Assembly: GCA_965267345.1 (NCBI GenBank)
Contig: OZ253947.1
Location: 573,043 to 637,042 of the forward strand
Source: Minisyncoccota bacterium
Lineage (GTDB): Bacteria; Patescibacteriota; Minisyncoccia; Phycocordibacterales; UBA2100
Length of the DNA: 64,000 nt
Reading direction: 5' to 3'
The position numbers and the translations under genes were made by a program. Positions 1 through 9,192 of this stretch are shown in pieces (position 1 is the stretch's first letter; each line of letters starts with the position of its first letter). The notes below the pieces were generated by a model that saw only the letters and a list, made by a program, of their open reading frames with translations, was not told the origin of the DNA and ran no database searches.

Positions 1-65
1 TATACGCAGTTAAGCCGTCCTACGACATAAATCGCTCAAATGACGTCAAATGAGCGCTTTAGCTA

Positions 66-1340
66 CTAAAAGTGTTTGTCAGGAATGGGGTGTTTGCGCG
101 CCAGCATGCGCACCTCTTCGCGGGCCCACTCTTTAAATGTTGCGTCATCGTGCTTGCGCAGAGTTTCAATCATCAGCTCGGCAACACGCGCACACTCTTT
201 TTCGGTAAAGCCGCGTGTGGTGATCGCGGGCGTACCAAAGCGGATACCCGAAGGCTTCATTGGTGGGTTCGGGTCATCGGCAATCACATTTTTATTCAGG
301 GTGATACCCACCGTATCGAGCACCGCTTCCGCCTCAGCGCCATTGGGACCAAGTGAGGTCACGTCGGCGAGGATAAGATGGTTACTCGTACCGCCACCAA
401 TCATACGGATATCTTCTTTAGCGAATACCTCGGCCATCGCCGCAGCGTTGCGAATCACTTGTGCGGCATAGTCTTTGAAACTCGGATGGAGTGCCTCGCC
501 AAACGCAACTGCTTTTGCTGCAACATGGTGCATGAGCGGCCCACCCTGTAACCCAGGAAAGACTGCCTTGTCTATCTGTTTTGCTCTCTCCGCATCGTCA
601 CGCACCAAAATGAGCCCACCACGCGGGCCGCGGAGCGTTTTGTGTGTTGTGGTCGTCATCACGTCAAAGCCGTGTGCAAACGGATTTTCGTGGACACCAC
701 CGGCAATGAGCCCTGCAATGTGCGCCGCATCCATGACGGCGAGTGCACCAACCTCATGAGCAATATCAGCAATCGTTTTATAGTCGAGTTCGCGACTGTA
801 CGCCGAAAAACCTGCGAGTACAATTTTCGGCTTCTCGTTTTGGGCTGTTTCGCGCAATTGGTCGTAGTCGATCTCCCCTGTGTCGACGTCCTTCATCTTG
901 TAGCGAACAAAGTTAAACACCTTCGTGATTGCAGTCACGGGATGGCCATGCGTCAGGTGGCCGCCATGTGAGAGATCCATACCTAGCACGGTGTCTCCCG
1001 GCTCGAGGAGCGCAAAGTACATCGCAAGGTTTGCGGGTGCACCGGCATGCGGCTGCACGTTTGCGTACTGACACCCAAACAGCTCTTTTGCACGATCGCG
1101 GGCAATAGTTTCTACTGCATCAGTATGCTCTTGCCCGCCGTAGTAGCGCTTGTGTGGGTACCCTTCTGAGTACTTATTGGTAAAGATTGAGCCATTTGCT
1201 TCGCGCACCGCCTTGGACACGTAGTTTTCTGACGGAATGAGCTCAAGGCCGTCTTCTTCTCGCTCCTCTTCCGCGCGAATAGCCGCGTACACATCGCCAT
1301 CCTGTGCTTCGAGAAACGGTAGCTCTTGTGGTGTCGCCAT
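66..1340 (-). CDS. glyA: serine hydroxymethyltransferase
   Basis: ORF 66..1373 translates to a full-length PLP-dependent SHMT (..VMTTTTHKTLRGPRGG..). Start trimmed to in-frame ATG (MATPQELPF) because the track start is a GTG inside the 1365-1398 terminator hairpin. Confidence 0.9.
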   Translation of the reverse strand: MATPQELPFLEAQDGDVYAAIRAEEEREEDGLELIPSENYVSKAVREANGSIFTNKYSEGYPHKRYYGGQEHTDAVETIARDRAKELFGCQYANVQPHAGAPANLAMYFALLEPGDTVLGMDLSHGGHLTHGHPVTAITKVFNFVRYKMKDVDTGEIDYDQLRETAQNEKPKIVLAGFSAYSRELDYKTIADIAHEVGALAVMDAAHIAGLIAGGVHENPFAHGFDVMTTTTHKTLRGPRGGLILVRDDAERAKQIDKAVFPGLQGGPLMHHVAAKAVAFGEALHPSFKDYAAQVIRNAAAMAEVFAKEDIRMIGGGTSNHLILADVTSLGPNGAEAEAVLDTVGITLNKNVIADDPNPPMKPSGIRFGTPAITTRGFTEKECARVAELMIETLRKHDDATFKEWAREEVRMLARKHPIPDKHF

Positions 1341-1364
1341 ATGTGCCTGCAGTATAGCACTCTC

Positions 1365-1398
1365 TCCAGACACGAAAAAACACCGCTCGGTGGCGGTG
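1365..1398. terminator. bidirectional intrinsic terminator (AAAAAACACCGC-loop-GCGGTGTTTTTT)
   Basis: Perfect GC stem flanked by A-tract and T-tract, immediately 3' of rplK. Seen in sequence. Confidence 0.7.
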
Positions 1399-1427
1399 TT
1401 TTTTCAAGCGATCTGGTCGCGGTGTCG

Positions 1428-1853
1428 CTAGTCAGTAACCTCAATACCCATCGATCGCGCAGTGCCGGCAATAATTTTTGCCGCCTGCTTCACATCGTGT
1501 GCGTTTAAGTCGTCCATTTTTTGCTCGGCAACCTCTTCGAGGTCTTTTTGTGTCACCTTGCCCACCTTCTTCGACACGTTAGTTCCTGAGCCCTTCTGCT
1601 GTCCAATCTTTTTCAGCAGCAAACGAGATGCAGGTGGTTTCTTGAGTACGAAATCAAAGCTGCGGTCGTCGTACACGTTGATGATCACCGGCAGAATGTC
1701 GCCGCCCATGTCTTTCGTCGCCTCGTTAAACTGGTTCACGAAGTCGCTGATGTTGATGCCGACCTGCCCCAATGCAGGGCCAAGCGGCGGTGCAGGCGTC
1801 GCCTTTCCGGCGGGCACTTGCAGTTTGAGTTTTCGTTCAATCTTTTTTGCCAT
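1428..1853 (-). CDS. rplK: 50S ribosomal protein L11
   Basis: 141-aa ORF with [30 protein letters not shown].., a canonical L11 sequence. Confidence 0.95.
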   Translation of the reverse strand: MAKKIERKLKLQVPAGKATPAPPLGPALGQVGINISDFVNQFNEATKDMGGDILPVIINVYDDRSFDFVLKKPPASRLLLKKIGQQKGSGTNVSKKVGKVTQKDLEEVAEQKMDDLNAHDVKQAAKIIAGTARSMGIEVTD

Positions 1854-1872
1854 ATTTGAGCGCTAATACTAC

Positions 1873-2418
1873 CTAAATTCGCTTTACTTGCAAGAAATCA
1901 AGCTCGACGGGTGTCTCGCGGCCGAACATCGGCACCATGACTTTCACCTTGCCGCGCTCTTCGTCCACTTCCCCAACCTTTCCTTCAAGGTCTTTAAATG
2001 GTCCGTCGGCAATCACCACTGGGTCATCAACAGAGAGTTCAATTGCGTGCTTTGCCGTGTCTGACTCCATGCGCTTAAAGAGCGTGTCGACTTCTTCCTG
2101 TGCCAGTGGCACCGGCTGTGTTCCTGATCCGACAAAGCCCGTCACGCGCGGCGTGTTACGTACGACGTACCACGACTCGTCGTTCACGATCATATCAACG
2201 AGTACGTAGCCGGGATACACCTTCTCGCGCTCCTCAGTACGCTTCCCCGCTTTCACCTTAATCTTCTTCTCAGTCGGTACGATAACCTGAAAAATCTGGT
2301 CTTTCATGCCCATTGAGTCAATACGCTGGCGCAGGTTACGCGCAACCGCTTCTTCGTATCCTGAGTACGTGTGGATGACGTACCATCGTCGCTCATTTGT
2401 TTCGAGTTGTTTTCCCAT
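1873..2418 (-). CDS. nusG: transcription termination/antitermination factor NusG
   Basis: NGN domain (WYVIHTYSGYEE) and C-terminal KOW region. Start set at MGKQLETNERRWYV, which sits 1 nt after the secE stop (TAGTATG junction); the track start overlaps secE. Confidence 0.88.
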   Translation of the reverse strand: MGKQLETNERRWYVIHTYSGYEEAVARNLRQRIDSMGMKDQIFQVIVPTEKKIKVKAGKRTEEREKVYPGYVLVDMIVNDESWYVVRNTPRVTGFVGSGTQPVPLAQEEVDTLFKRMESDTAKHAIELSVDDPVVIADGPFKDLEGKVGEVDEERGKVKVMVPMFGRETPVELDFLQVKRI

Positions 2419-2419
2419 A

Positions 2420-2602
2420 CTAGATAACGGTGTCGAGTACACTGGTAAAGACGTAGTCGAATGCGCCGAGATACAATGCTGTCACGATTGACACTGCAAT
2501 AACAAGCGCGGTAAAAATCGCGGTCTGCTTCTGTGTCGGCCATGCCACGTGGGTCATTTCGCCACGTACATCCTTCACGTATTGAATAAATCGATTTGCC
2601 AT
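2420..2602 (-). CDS. secE: preprotein translocase subunit SecE
   Basis: 60-aa product MANRFIQYVKDVRGEMTHVAWPTQKQT.. with a single TM helix and conserved position upstream of nusG. The track ORF start extended into non-homologous sequence. Confidence 0.8.
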   Translation of the reverse strand: MANRFIQYVKDVRGEMTHVAWPTQKQTAIFTALVIAVSIVTALYLGAFDYVFTSVLDTVI

Positions 2603-2693
2603 AGAGTCACTAATTACGCCAAATGTAAAACGCCCTCGCGGGCGTGTTATGGAGCATAGTACCGCGATTTTAGCCAAAGTCAAGAACGCCAAA

Positions 2694-2718
2694 CGCCGCT
2701 CTGGCGAGCGGCGTTTTT
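2694..2718. terminator. intrinsic terminator after the SIMPL-domain gene
   Basis: CGCCGCTC-tggc-GAGCGGCG stem followed by TTTTT. A second shorter hairpin sits at about 2630-2645. Confidence 0.55.
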
Positions 2719-2742
2719 CGTGCGTAGCTATGCTACCGATGG

Positions 2743-3555
2743 CTAGCGAATTTCGTACACAATCGTTACGTTGGAACTCACTTCATTTTCTCCGGTTGGC
2801 ACGCTTGGTGCAACTGAGCCACCAACGGCTGCGTCTTCAAGAGCCATGTTGCGTGCCGCGTATGGCGTTGCGCGCCCCGACTCTTCATAGAAGTTCACGA
2901 CACGTACGAGGTCAACGCCAAGGTCGTTCGCAAGTACGCGTGCTTTTTCTTTCGCGTCATTAATGGCGCTGCGGCGTGCTTCCTGACGGAGTGCGTCATC
3001 GTCATCAATTTCAAATGACAATCCGCTGATGTTTGATACACCGCGTGAGCCAACACCTGAGAGCAGGCTCCCTGCCATTTCAGTGTCACGCACTTTCACG
3101 CGCACCGTTTGTGACACTTCGTAGCCAACGAGTGTACGCTCACCGCGCGGACATGGTGCGGTAATACACTGAATCTCAGGGTATTCGTAGCGCGGATACA
3201 CATTGTATCCGGTCGTTTTAATGTCCTTTTCTGCCACACCTTGTTCGTCAAGGTAGGCAATGATGTCGTTGACCGCTGTTGCAGCGGCATCCTGCGCTGT
3301 TGCCACGTCGTCAGCTTCTTCAGTGACGGTTGCGGTAAACACGGCAACATCAGGTACGGCAAGCGCTTCCCCCTGCCCCGACACCGTGATGGTGTTCGAG
3401 TTACTTGCCCCGATGTATTGATACTCTTTGAATCCATTGAGTATCTGTGTGAATAAAAACAACGAAAGGAAAACAAGGGCGAGCGCTCCTGCCTGTACGA
3501 GGTAGCGCTTGTGCTTGTCTTCGACGCCGTTGGTAAATCCCATATCCATAGACAT
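2743..3555 (-). CDS. SIMPL-domain (DUF541/BP26-like) periplasmic protein
   Basis: 270 aa with an N-terminal TM helix and a BP26/YggE-like sequence pattern (GYEVSQTVRVKVRD..). Confidence 0.7.
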   Translation of the reverse strand: MSMDMGFTNGVEDKHKRYLVQAGALALVFLSLFLFTQILNGFKEYQYIGASNSNTITVSGQGEALAVPDVAVFTATVTEEADDVATAQDAAATAVNDIIAYLDEQGVAEKDIKTTGYNVYPRYEYPEIQCITAPCPRGERTLVGYEVSQTVRVKVRDTEMAGSLLSGVGSRGVSNISGLSFEIDDDDALRQEARRSAINDAKEKARVLANDLGVDLVRVVNFYEESGRATPYAARNMALEDAAVGGSVAPSVPTGENEVSSNVTIVYEIR

Positions 3556-3624
3556 AACTAGCGTTATAATAAAACTCCTAAAAGTATAGCATTGATGACG
3601 CGTCAGTGGTCGGGCACTTACACA

Positions 3625-4152
3625 CTACTGATCGTCGGCAAGTGTCTCTGCCAATACGCGACGCATATCCGCGAGCGTCATGGGGCCGCGGGCGTGAAAA
3701 ACAATGTCGCCGGTGCGGTCGACAACGACCGTCTCGGGCATGGCCACACCTTGAATTGCCGCATAGAAGGCGTCGTTGTCGTCGAACAGAATGCGGACCG
3801 CTCCCTCGTCAATAGCGTGCTGCTCGAGGTAGGCACGTGCCGCACCGCGGCTTTCTTTGCGGTTGATCGCAAGCACCACGACACTGTCGCCGAATTCCTC
3901 CTGTATGTGTACGAAGTCTGGAAGTTCCCGCGTGCAGTAGGGGCACCACGACGCCCACGCATTAATAATGGCCACTTGCCCGCGCACTTCCTCGCGCAGC
4001 GACACTGCCTGTCCGTCAAAGGTGGTAAGCGTCACGTCGGGAAGCGGTCGGACCTCGCTCGCAGCACGCGGCGTCCACACGGCCACCACCGCGGCGGTAA
4101 TGAATACGAGCGCAATCGCGCACGCAAGCGGTATGTAGGTACGCGTGTTCAT
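3625..4152 (-). CDS. TlpA/ResA-family thiol-disulfide oxidoreductase (thioredoxin fold)
   Basis: Signal/TM helix followed by a WCPYC active-site motif in a thioredoxin-like domain. Confidence 0.8.
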   Translation of the reverse strand: MNTRTYIPLACAIALVFITAAVVAVWTPRAASEVRPLPDVTLTTFDGQAVSLREEVRGQVAIINAWASWCPYCTRELPDFVHIQEEFGDSVVVLAINRKESRGAARAYLEQHAIDEGAVRILFDDNDAFYAAIQGVAMPETVVVDRTGDIVFHARGPMTLADMRRVLAETLADDQ

Positions 4153-4169
4153 GTCCTACCAGTATACGC

Positions 4170-4197
4170 AAAAACGCGCGATGTTTCGCGCGTTTTT
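4170..4197. terminator. bidirectional intrinsic terminator (AAAAACGCGCGA-tgtt-TCGCGCGTTTTT)
   Basis: Perfect palindrome between the stop of 4216..4608 and the start of 3625..4152. Confidence 0.7.
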
Positions 4198-4215
4198 TGC
4201 TCAGAGATTCGGCTG

Positions 4216-4608
4216 TTACAGACCGATTTGGAAACCGACTGCGGCAAGGTACGCGCCAAGAATGAGCGCAAGGATACCCACGAAGACGGTGAGGTTGCGC
4301 TGACGCGCAAACAGCTTCGCCCACTTGATAAGCACACCCGGAATGAAGAAAATCAAAATTCCCTCAATGAGCATGAGCCACCCGATGAGCGTCGGTACCA
4401 CACGCCATGTCGCCTCCCAGACGTTGTGACTCAGGACAACGAGCAGGCCAAGAATGATGGCCATTGCGCCCGTTACAAACATGAGCGAGCGGTTCTTGCT
4501 CATGTCGTTCACGATTGAGACAACAAATTTGCGTCGCGCGAGCACCACGATACCTTCGAGGATCAGGTACAGTCCCATGACTTGGGCAAGCAAAAATGAA
4601 AGTTCCAT
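4216..4608 (-). CDS. small polytopic membrane protein (hypothetical)
   Basis: 130 aa with 3-4 hydrophobic helices and no recognisable catalytic motif. Confidence 0.5.
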   Translation of the reverse strand: MELSFLLAQVMGLYLILEGIVVLARRKFVVSIVNDMSKNRSLMFVTGAMAIILGLLVVLSHNVWEATWRVVPTLIGWLMLIEGILIFFIPGVLIKWAKLFARQRNLTVFVGILALILGAYLAAVGFQIGL

Positions 4609-4690
4609 ACGAATATGAAAATTAGCTGCTGATAATATAGCTAAAGTGTAGCATGGTGAACACTCTGCTACGCAACAGTGTGTGCGTAAT

Positions 4691-4767
4691 TGGGGCGAAC
4701 GATGGGACTCGAACCCACGACAACCGGAACCACAATCCGGGGCTCTACCAACTGAGCTACGTCCGCC
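4691..4767 (-). tRNA. tRNA-His (anticodon GTG)
   Basis: Cloverleaf with anticodon loop TTGTGGT. An encoded G-1 pairs with discriminator C73, and CCA is encoded in the gene. Confidence 0.85.
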
Positions 4768-4809
4768 ACTAGGCTCGTATATATACCAAATTTTGGCCGC
4801 TGACGCGAG

Positions 4810-5367
4810 CTACACAATGTAGTCAGGCGGCAACTCATCAGTGCCGGTGCGATGATTTACCAGCCGCACCAGTGCATACAGTAATGAAGAGAGTCGGTTT
4901 GCATACGCCAGCGTCCACTCAGATAACTCTCGGTCATCTGCAGTAAGCGCTACCAGTCGACGCTCGGCGCGACGCGACACCGCCCGTGCCACATCGAGCC
5001 GAGCCGAGAGCTCTGTGCCGCCGGGAACAAAAAAGCTATGAATTTCCGGAAGTTCGCCTTCAATCAGTGCAATGCGTTGCTCAATACCACGCACATGTTC
5101 TTCGGGAATGCGCTTATCGGCACCCGCGAGCTCCGCCTGAATCGTAAAGAGGTGGTGCTGCACATCAAGCAGCATGTTGGCAACGGTGCGCTCGCCGATG
5201 AGCCAGTCAACAGAACATGCTGCGCGACACCACCCCACCACGGCATTGAGTTCATCAAGTGTACCGAGTGCCTCGAATATCGCCGAGTCCTTCCCTACGC
5301 GCTTTCCTGACGGTGAGTCGAACAACTTCGTCGTGCCCTTATCTCCTTTTCCTGTGTACAGTGCCAT
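4810..5367 (-). CDS. ATP:cob(I)alamin adenosyltransferase, PduO/MMAB type
   Basis: N-terminus MALYTGKGDKGTT.. and the overall helical-bundle ATR pattern. Start trimmed to this ATG. Confidence 0.75.
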   Translation of the reverse strand: MALYTGKGDKGTTKLFDSPSGKRVGKDSAIFEALGTLDELNAVVGWCRAACSVDWLIGERTVANMLLDVQHHLFTIQAELAGADKRIPEEHVRGIEQRIALIEGELPEIHSFFVPGGTELSARLDVARAVSRRAERRLVALTADDRELSEWTLAYANRLSSLLYALVRLVNHRTGTDELPPDYIV

Positions 5368-5472
5368 GGAGGCAGTATAGCTATTTTGTGTATGAAAAGA
5401 AAATCGCCCGACATGTGCGATACGCATCTTCCGCGCTCGCCGTACGTCTAACTGTACTACGAAAACAAAATC

Positions 5473-5494
5473 AGGCAGTACGTTCATACTGCCT
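5473..5494. terminator. hairpin AGGCAGTA-cgttcat-ACTGCCT with flanking T-runs, 3' of tRNA-Leu
   Basis: Seen in sequence. Confidence 0.5.
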
Positions 5495-5507
5495 TCATTT
5501 GTTTTTG

Positions 5508-5589
5508 TGCCCAGGGCGGGACTCGAACCCGCATGCTCGAAGAGCCACGGCCCTCAACCGTGTGTGTATACCAATTCCACCACCTGGGC
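5508..5589 (-). tRNA. tRNA-Leu (anticodon GAG)
   Basis: 82 nt with a long variable arm and anticodon loop TTGAGGG. No encoded CCA. Confidence 0.85.
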
Positions 5590-5641
5590 ATGCAAAAGAG
5601 CGATGCTCGCTATTCTAACCGCTTTTGTCACTTTCGCAAAC

Positions 5642-5669
5642 AAAAAACCCGCACACAGTGCGGGTTTTT
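5642..5669. terminator. intrinsic terminator (AAAAAACCCGCAC-acag-TGCGGGTTTTT) 3' of rplS
   Basis: Perfect stem with U-tract on the minus-strand transcript. Confidence 0.7.
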
Positions 5670-5670
5670 A

Positions 5671-6474
5671 TTATTCCTCTTTTGTAGCGTTGAGTTCTTT
5701 CTGCCAATTTTCGAGCTCGTCCCACTTCCCGTCGCGTGCCATCTCTGCCTGCTCAGGCCATGTCGTCGGATCGTGCTGGGTCAGCTCTGCTGCTTCAAGT
5801 GCGCTACGGAGTGCGTCCACGTGCGCATCGGCAAGTGCCGCAAAAGTACCGAGATCTTTTTCTGCAAGTGCTTTGGCTGCATCTGCATCAATACCCGCAA
5901 TTTTGGTGAGGTCGTCGTCGGCTGCGGTCGTCTCCTCCTCCTGCGTTGCCGACGCTTCGTCTGCTGGTGCGGTATCTGTATCAGTATCACTCGCCGCTTC
6001 AGCTGCTGCCTCCTCTGCATCTTGCGCCTTTTGTGCCTGCTCCTGACGCTGTGCCTCTTCTTCCTCAGCGCGTTTGCGCTCTTCCTCAAGCTCCGCAGAA
6101 CCTTTGGTGGCAACGCTCATAAGCTTCGTGTTGCGCAAGACACGCTTCAGGTCGCGGGCGACCTTATCGCGCACAAAGTACAGTTTCGCGCGACGCACCT
6201 TCGAACGCTTCACAATCTCGATTTTATCAATTGATGGAGAGTACAGTGGGAAAATTTTCTCAACGCCAACACCGCTGGCAACTTTACGCACCGTAAAGGT
6301 ACCGCCGGCCTCTGCGCCGTGCTTCACCGCCAACACCAAACCTTCAAACGCTTGCAGGCGTGTCTTGCCCTTTTCTTCAATTTTCTGCCAGACACGAACG
6401 GTATCACCTGCCGTGATACCAAGATTGGCACGCTCGGCCATGTCAACGGGGCTGGTCATTACACTGCTGTTCAT
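5671..6474 (-). CDS. rplS: 50S ribosomal protein L19 with a ~150-aa acidic C-terminal extension
   Basis: Residues 1-115 match L19 (..[65 protein letters not shown]..). Start set at [10 protein letters not shown] by alignment logic to the canonical L19 N-terminal length. Confidence 0.85.
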   Translation of the reverse strand: MNSSVMTSPVDMAERANLGITAGDTVRVWQKIEEKGKTRLQAFEGLVLAVKHGAEAGGTFTVRKVASGVGVEKIFPLYSPSIDKIEIVKRSKVRRAKLYFVRDKVARDLKRVLRNTKLMSVATKGSAELEEERKRAEEEEAQRQEQAQKAQDAEEAAAEAASDTDTDTAPADEASATQEEETTAADDDLTKIAGIDADAAKALAEKDLGTFAALADAHVDALRSALEAAELTQHDPTTWPEQAEMARDGKWDELENWQKELNATKEE

Positions 6475-6490
6475 AACGTGCGCAACTGTA

Positions 6491-7285
6491 TCACAGCTCC
6501 CCGTCAGAGGCAACGGCTGGCGCCGTTTTGAGCCGTTTGCGTGCATCAGAGAAGTCACACGGCAGTGGCGCTTCAATTACAATGCGCTCTCCTGTGGCCG
6601 GCGAGACAACGGCAATGGCACGCGCGTGCAGCGCAGGGCGCTCAAAACCCAGAATGCAGGGTCGTTTCGGTGCATACAGCGCATCACACACCAGCGGATG
6701 GTGTATCGCCTTGCAATGTACGCGGAGTTGGTGCGTGCGACCGGTTTTTGGGCTCAATTCCATATGTGTCACTGCCTGCCCGCTTTCAGTGTCTTCGTAG
6801 CGCGCGAGGACACGCCAGTGCGTTATGGCAGCGCGCAGAAAGCCGCGTTTTCCAAACTGCGCCGTCCATCGTCGCGGCTTCGTTTTTGTACGCCCAATTT
6901 CCGCGTCGATAATGCCGGTGTCGGCTTTCGGGTGGTCGTATACGAGTGCATCGTAGGTCTTTTCGACAGTACGTGCCTGAAATTGGGCCTTGAGTGCTTC
7001 AAACGCGGCTTGGGTTTTTGCAAGAATGAGTACGCCACTGGTGGTGCGGTCGAGCCGATGCACAATGCCTGACCGCGCAACAACAACCCCCTGTGGTGAC
7101 GTCCACGGCTCGCCGACATCACGCGCCTGCGGGTAGCGTGCAACAAACCAGTCAGCTACCGATGGCTCCGGTGTCCGTCCGTCGTAGTGCACAATGAGCC
7201 CCGCCGGCTTGTTAATCGCCACGAGCGCGTCATCTTCATAGAGCACAACTGGCTCATTTTCCGTACCGTCGTTCGCGCTGTTCAT
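6491..7285 (-). CDS. RluA-family pseudouridine synthase
   Basis: The [15 protein letters not shown] catalytic-Asp motif and ..THQLRVH.. are typical of RluA/RluD. Start trimmed to MNSANDG. Confidence 0.8.
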   Translation of the reverse strand: MNSANDGTENEPVVLYEDDALVAINKPAGLIVHYDGRTPEPSVADWFVARYPQARDVGEPWTSPQGVVVARSGIVHRLDRTTSGVLILAKTQAAFEALKAQFQARTVEKTYDALVYDHPKADTGIIDAEIGRTKTKPRRWTAQFGKRGFLRAAITHWRVLARYEDTESGQAVTHMELSPKTGRTHQLRVHCKAIHHPLVCDALYAPKRPCILGFERPALHARAIAVVSPATGERIVIEAPLPCDFSDARKRLKTAPAVASDGEL

Positions 7286-7934
7286 ATTCGTTGAGAATAC
7301 GGTGTAAATCCTCTTGCGTAAAGGCAGGCCAGTACACCTCGGGAAAAAAGAGTTCGGCATAGGCACTGTGCCAGAGCAAAAAGCCCGAGAGACGATGTTC
7401 GCCACCAGTGCGAATAATAATGTCAGGGTCGGGAAGGTTTGCACTCCACAGATGCGCCCGTAGCGTTGCTGCAGTTACATCCTCCCCTGCTGCCTGTGCC
7501 GCCTGCGCTGCGGCAACGATTTCGCGCTGGCCGCCGTATGATGCGCAGATCCAGAGGTGAAAATCATCGTACTCGCTGCTCTCCTTCTCGATGCGACGCA
7601 TTGCATCGCTGATGTCATCGGGAAATTGCTGCAGATCACCGATAAAGTGGAGCCGCACCCCTTCTTGTGCAAGACGCTCGAGTGCATCTTTGAGCGCATG
7701 GCGAAACAGCCCGAGAAGTGCGTGTACTTCCTCATTGCTCCGCTGCCAGTTTTCAGTTGAAAGCGCAAAGACCGCCAAGTGCTTCACTCCGGCCTCACGC
7801 ACCCACTGTGCGGTATGCTCGAGCGTGTCCAGACCATGCTGATGTCCGCGGACTGCTGCCAGTCCTTGCTCGCGCGCCCACCGGCGGTTGCCGTCCATAA
7901 TAATGCCGATGCAGTGTGGCGTTTTTCCACTCAT
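7254..7934 (-). CDS. uppS: isoprenyl transferase / undecaprenyl-diphosphate synthase
   Basis: IIMDGNRRWA.., ..ALSTENW.., ..IRTGGEHRLSGFLLW..: UPPS hallmark motifs. Confidence 0.9.
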   Translation of the reverse strand: MSGKTPHCIGIIMDGNRRWAREQGLAAVRGHQHGLDTLEHTAQWVREAGVKHLAVFALSTENWQRSNEEVHALLGLFRHALKDALERLAQEGVRLHFIGDLQQFPDDISDAMRRIEKESSEYDDFHLWICASYGGQREIVAAAQAAQAAGEDVTAATLRAHLWSANLPDPDIIIRTGGEHRLSGFLLWHSAYAELFFPEVYWPAFTQEDLHRILNEYEQRERRYGK

Positions 7935-7966
7935 ACCCAGACACTATATCAGAAACAGAGCGTACG

Positions 7967-7997
7967 CTGACAAAGGAAAACCCCCAAGCTCAAACGC
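7967..7997. terminator. intrinsic terminator 3' of tRNA-Val (CCCCCAAGC-tcaaac-GCTTGGGGG)
   Basis: Hairpin plus U-tract on the minus strand. Confidence 0.6.
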
Positions 7998-8019
7998 TTG
8001 GGGGCTTAGTCGCTCCATG

Positions 8020-8093
8020 TGGGCGCTGAGGGACTCGAACCCCCGGCCTACTCGGTGTAAACGAGTTGCTCTAGCCAACTGAGCTAAGCGCCC
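8020..8093 (-). tRNA. tRNA-Val (anticodon TAC)
   Basis: 74 nt with anticodon loop TTTACAC. No encoded CCA. Confidence 0.85.
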
Positions 8094-8138
8094 GATGCAC
8101 AAGAGTATATAGCTTTGCACTCAAAATACAATACTCCA

Positions 8139-9158
8139 TTAGAAAAATCCGAACAATTTTCCGATGAAGATGACGTACACAAGCAGGTAGAGTGCGCCTT
8201 CGTATGAGTGAATCCGGCGCGACATGCTCGAGATAATAAACAGAAAACTCGCAGCAACCATAAACGGCATACCGATAAGCAACGTTGCCGCATCAACCGT
8301 AAGTGTCACAAACAATCCGGGTAGGCCGATTACCAGCAAAATATTAAATACGTTCGAGCCAAAAATGTTTCCGAGTGCCACTTCATGCTTTCCTTGGGTT
8401 GCCGCCTTGAGCGACACGGCGAGTTCAGGAAGCGACGTACCAACGGCCACGGCCACCAGCGAGAGTGATCCGATGCCAATATCCAGCAATCCGGCTATCG
8501 TCACTACTGACTGCACCAAGTAGCGACCACCGATAACCAAGCCAACAAGCCCAACAATGAGTAGTATGATGTCTTTGAGTGAGAGCGCCTGGCGCTTCTG
8601 CGCCCACGTTTCCTCATCATTAAAGCCACGGATCTCAAGAGCAGATCGCTTACGCAAAAATGAAAAGAGCTGCCGAACATCATCTTGGTCGCCATTGCCG
8701 TCGCTATGCCCGTTGCGCATAGAGTAGACGAGGAACACGAAAAAAGCGGCAATGAGTAGCAATGCTTCGGTCGGTGTAACCACGCCGTCAATCGCCACGA
8801 TAACACCAAACACGGTCGCGATGGTGAGCAGTGGTATATCTAAATCGATGAGATTTTTGCTCACCGCAAGTCGCCCGCCGACCGCAGCCGAAAGACCGAT
8901 AATGAGCAGAATGTTGGCAATGTTTGAACCAAATGCATTAGCCACAACGAGCTCATCGGCGCCTTGCATAATTGCCGCAAAGGCTGAGACGAGCTCCGGT
9001 AGCGATGTGCCAATACCAACGATGACAACTCCGATCACGAACGACGATAGTCCGACGGCAAATCCAATTTTTTCAGCACCATCGAGAAACCAGTCGGCTC
9101 CTTTGACAACGAGTGCAATCGAAGCGGCAAAAATAACTGCCCAGATAAGTAGTTCCAT
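8139..9158 (-). CDS. Ca2+/cation antiporter, CaCA (YrbG-like) family
   Basis: Two internal alpha-repeats with GTSLPEL motifs and 10+ TM helices. Start set at MELLIWAV. Confidence 0.8.
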   Translation of the reverse strand: MELLIWAVIFAASIALVVKGADWFLDGAEKIGFAVGLSSFVIGVVIVGIGTSLPELVSAFAAIMQGADELVVANAFGSNIANILLIIGLSAAVGGRLAVSKNLIDLDIPLLTIATVFGVIVAIDGVVTPTEALLLIAAFFVFLVYSMRNGHSDGNGDQDDVRQLFSFLRKRSALEIRGFNDEETWAQKRQALSLKDIILLIVGLVGLVIGGRYLVQSVVTIAGLLDIGIGSLSLVAVAVGTSLPELAVSLKAATQGKHEVALGNIFGSNVFNILLVIGLPGLFVTLTVDAATLLIGMPFMVAASFLFIISSMSRRIHSYEGALYLLVYVIFIGKLFGFF

Positions 9159-9192
9159 GATGTGGCGTATGATACCACACGACACGAACACG

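Noticed and set aside
29-60. Hairpin terminator 3' of glyA formed by the AATCGCTCAAATGACGTCA copy
   Set aside because: The second arm (CAAATGAGCGCTT) does not complement the first. Only the polA-proximal copy folds. Recorded as a degenerate repeat, not a terminator.
3592-4518. 308-aa plus-strand ORF
   Set aside because: Entirely antisense to two well-supported minus-strand genes (thioredoxin-like and membrane protein). Arg/His-rich junk-like translation with no motif. A high-GC antisense artefact.
5507-7072. Several long plus-strand ORFs (5507..6046, 5533..6234, 6074..7072)
   Set aside because: They overlap tRNA-Leu or run antisense to rplS and the RluA gene. The translations are Cys/Arg/Ser-rich low-complexity with no domain signal.
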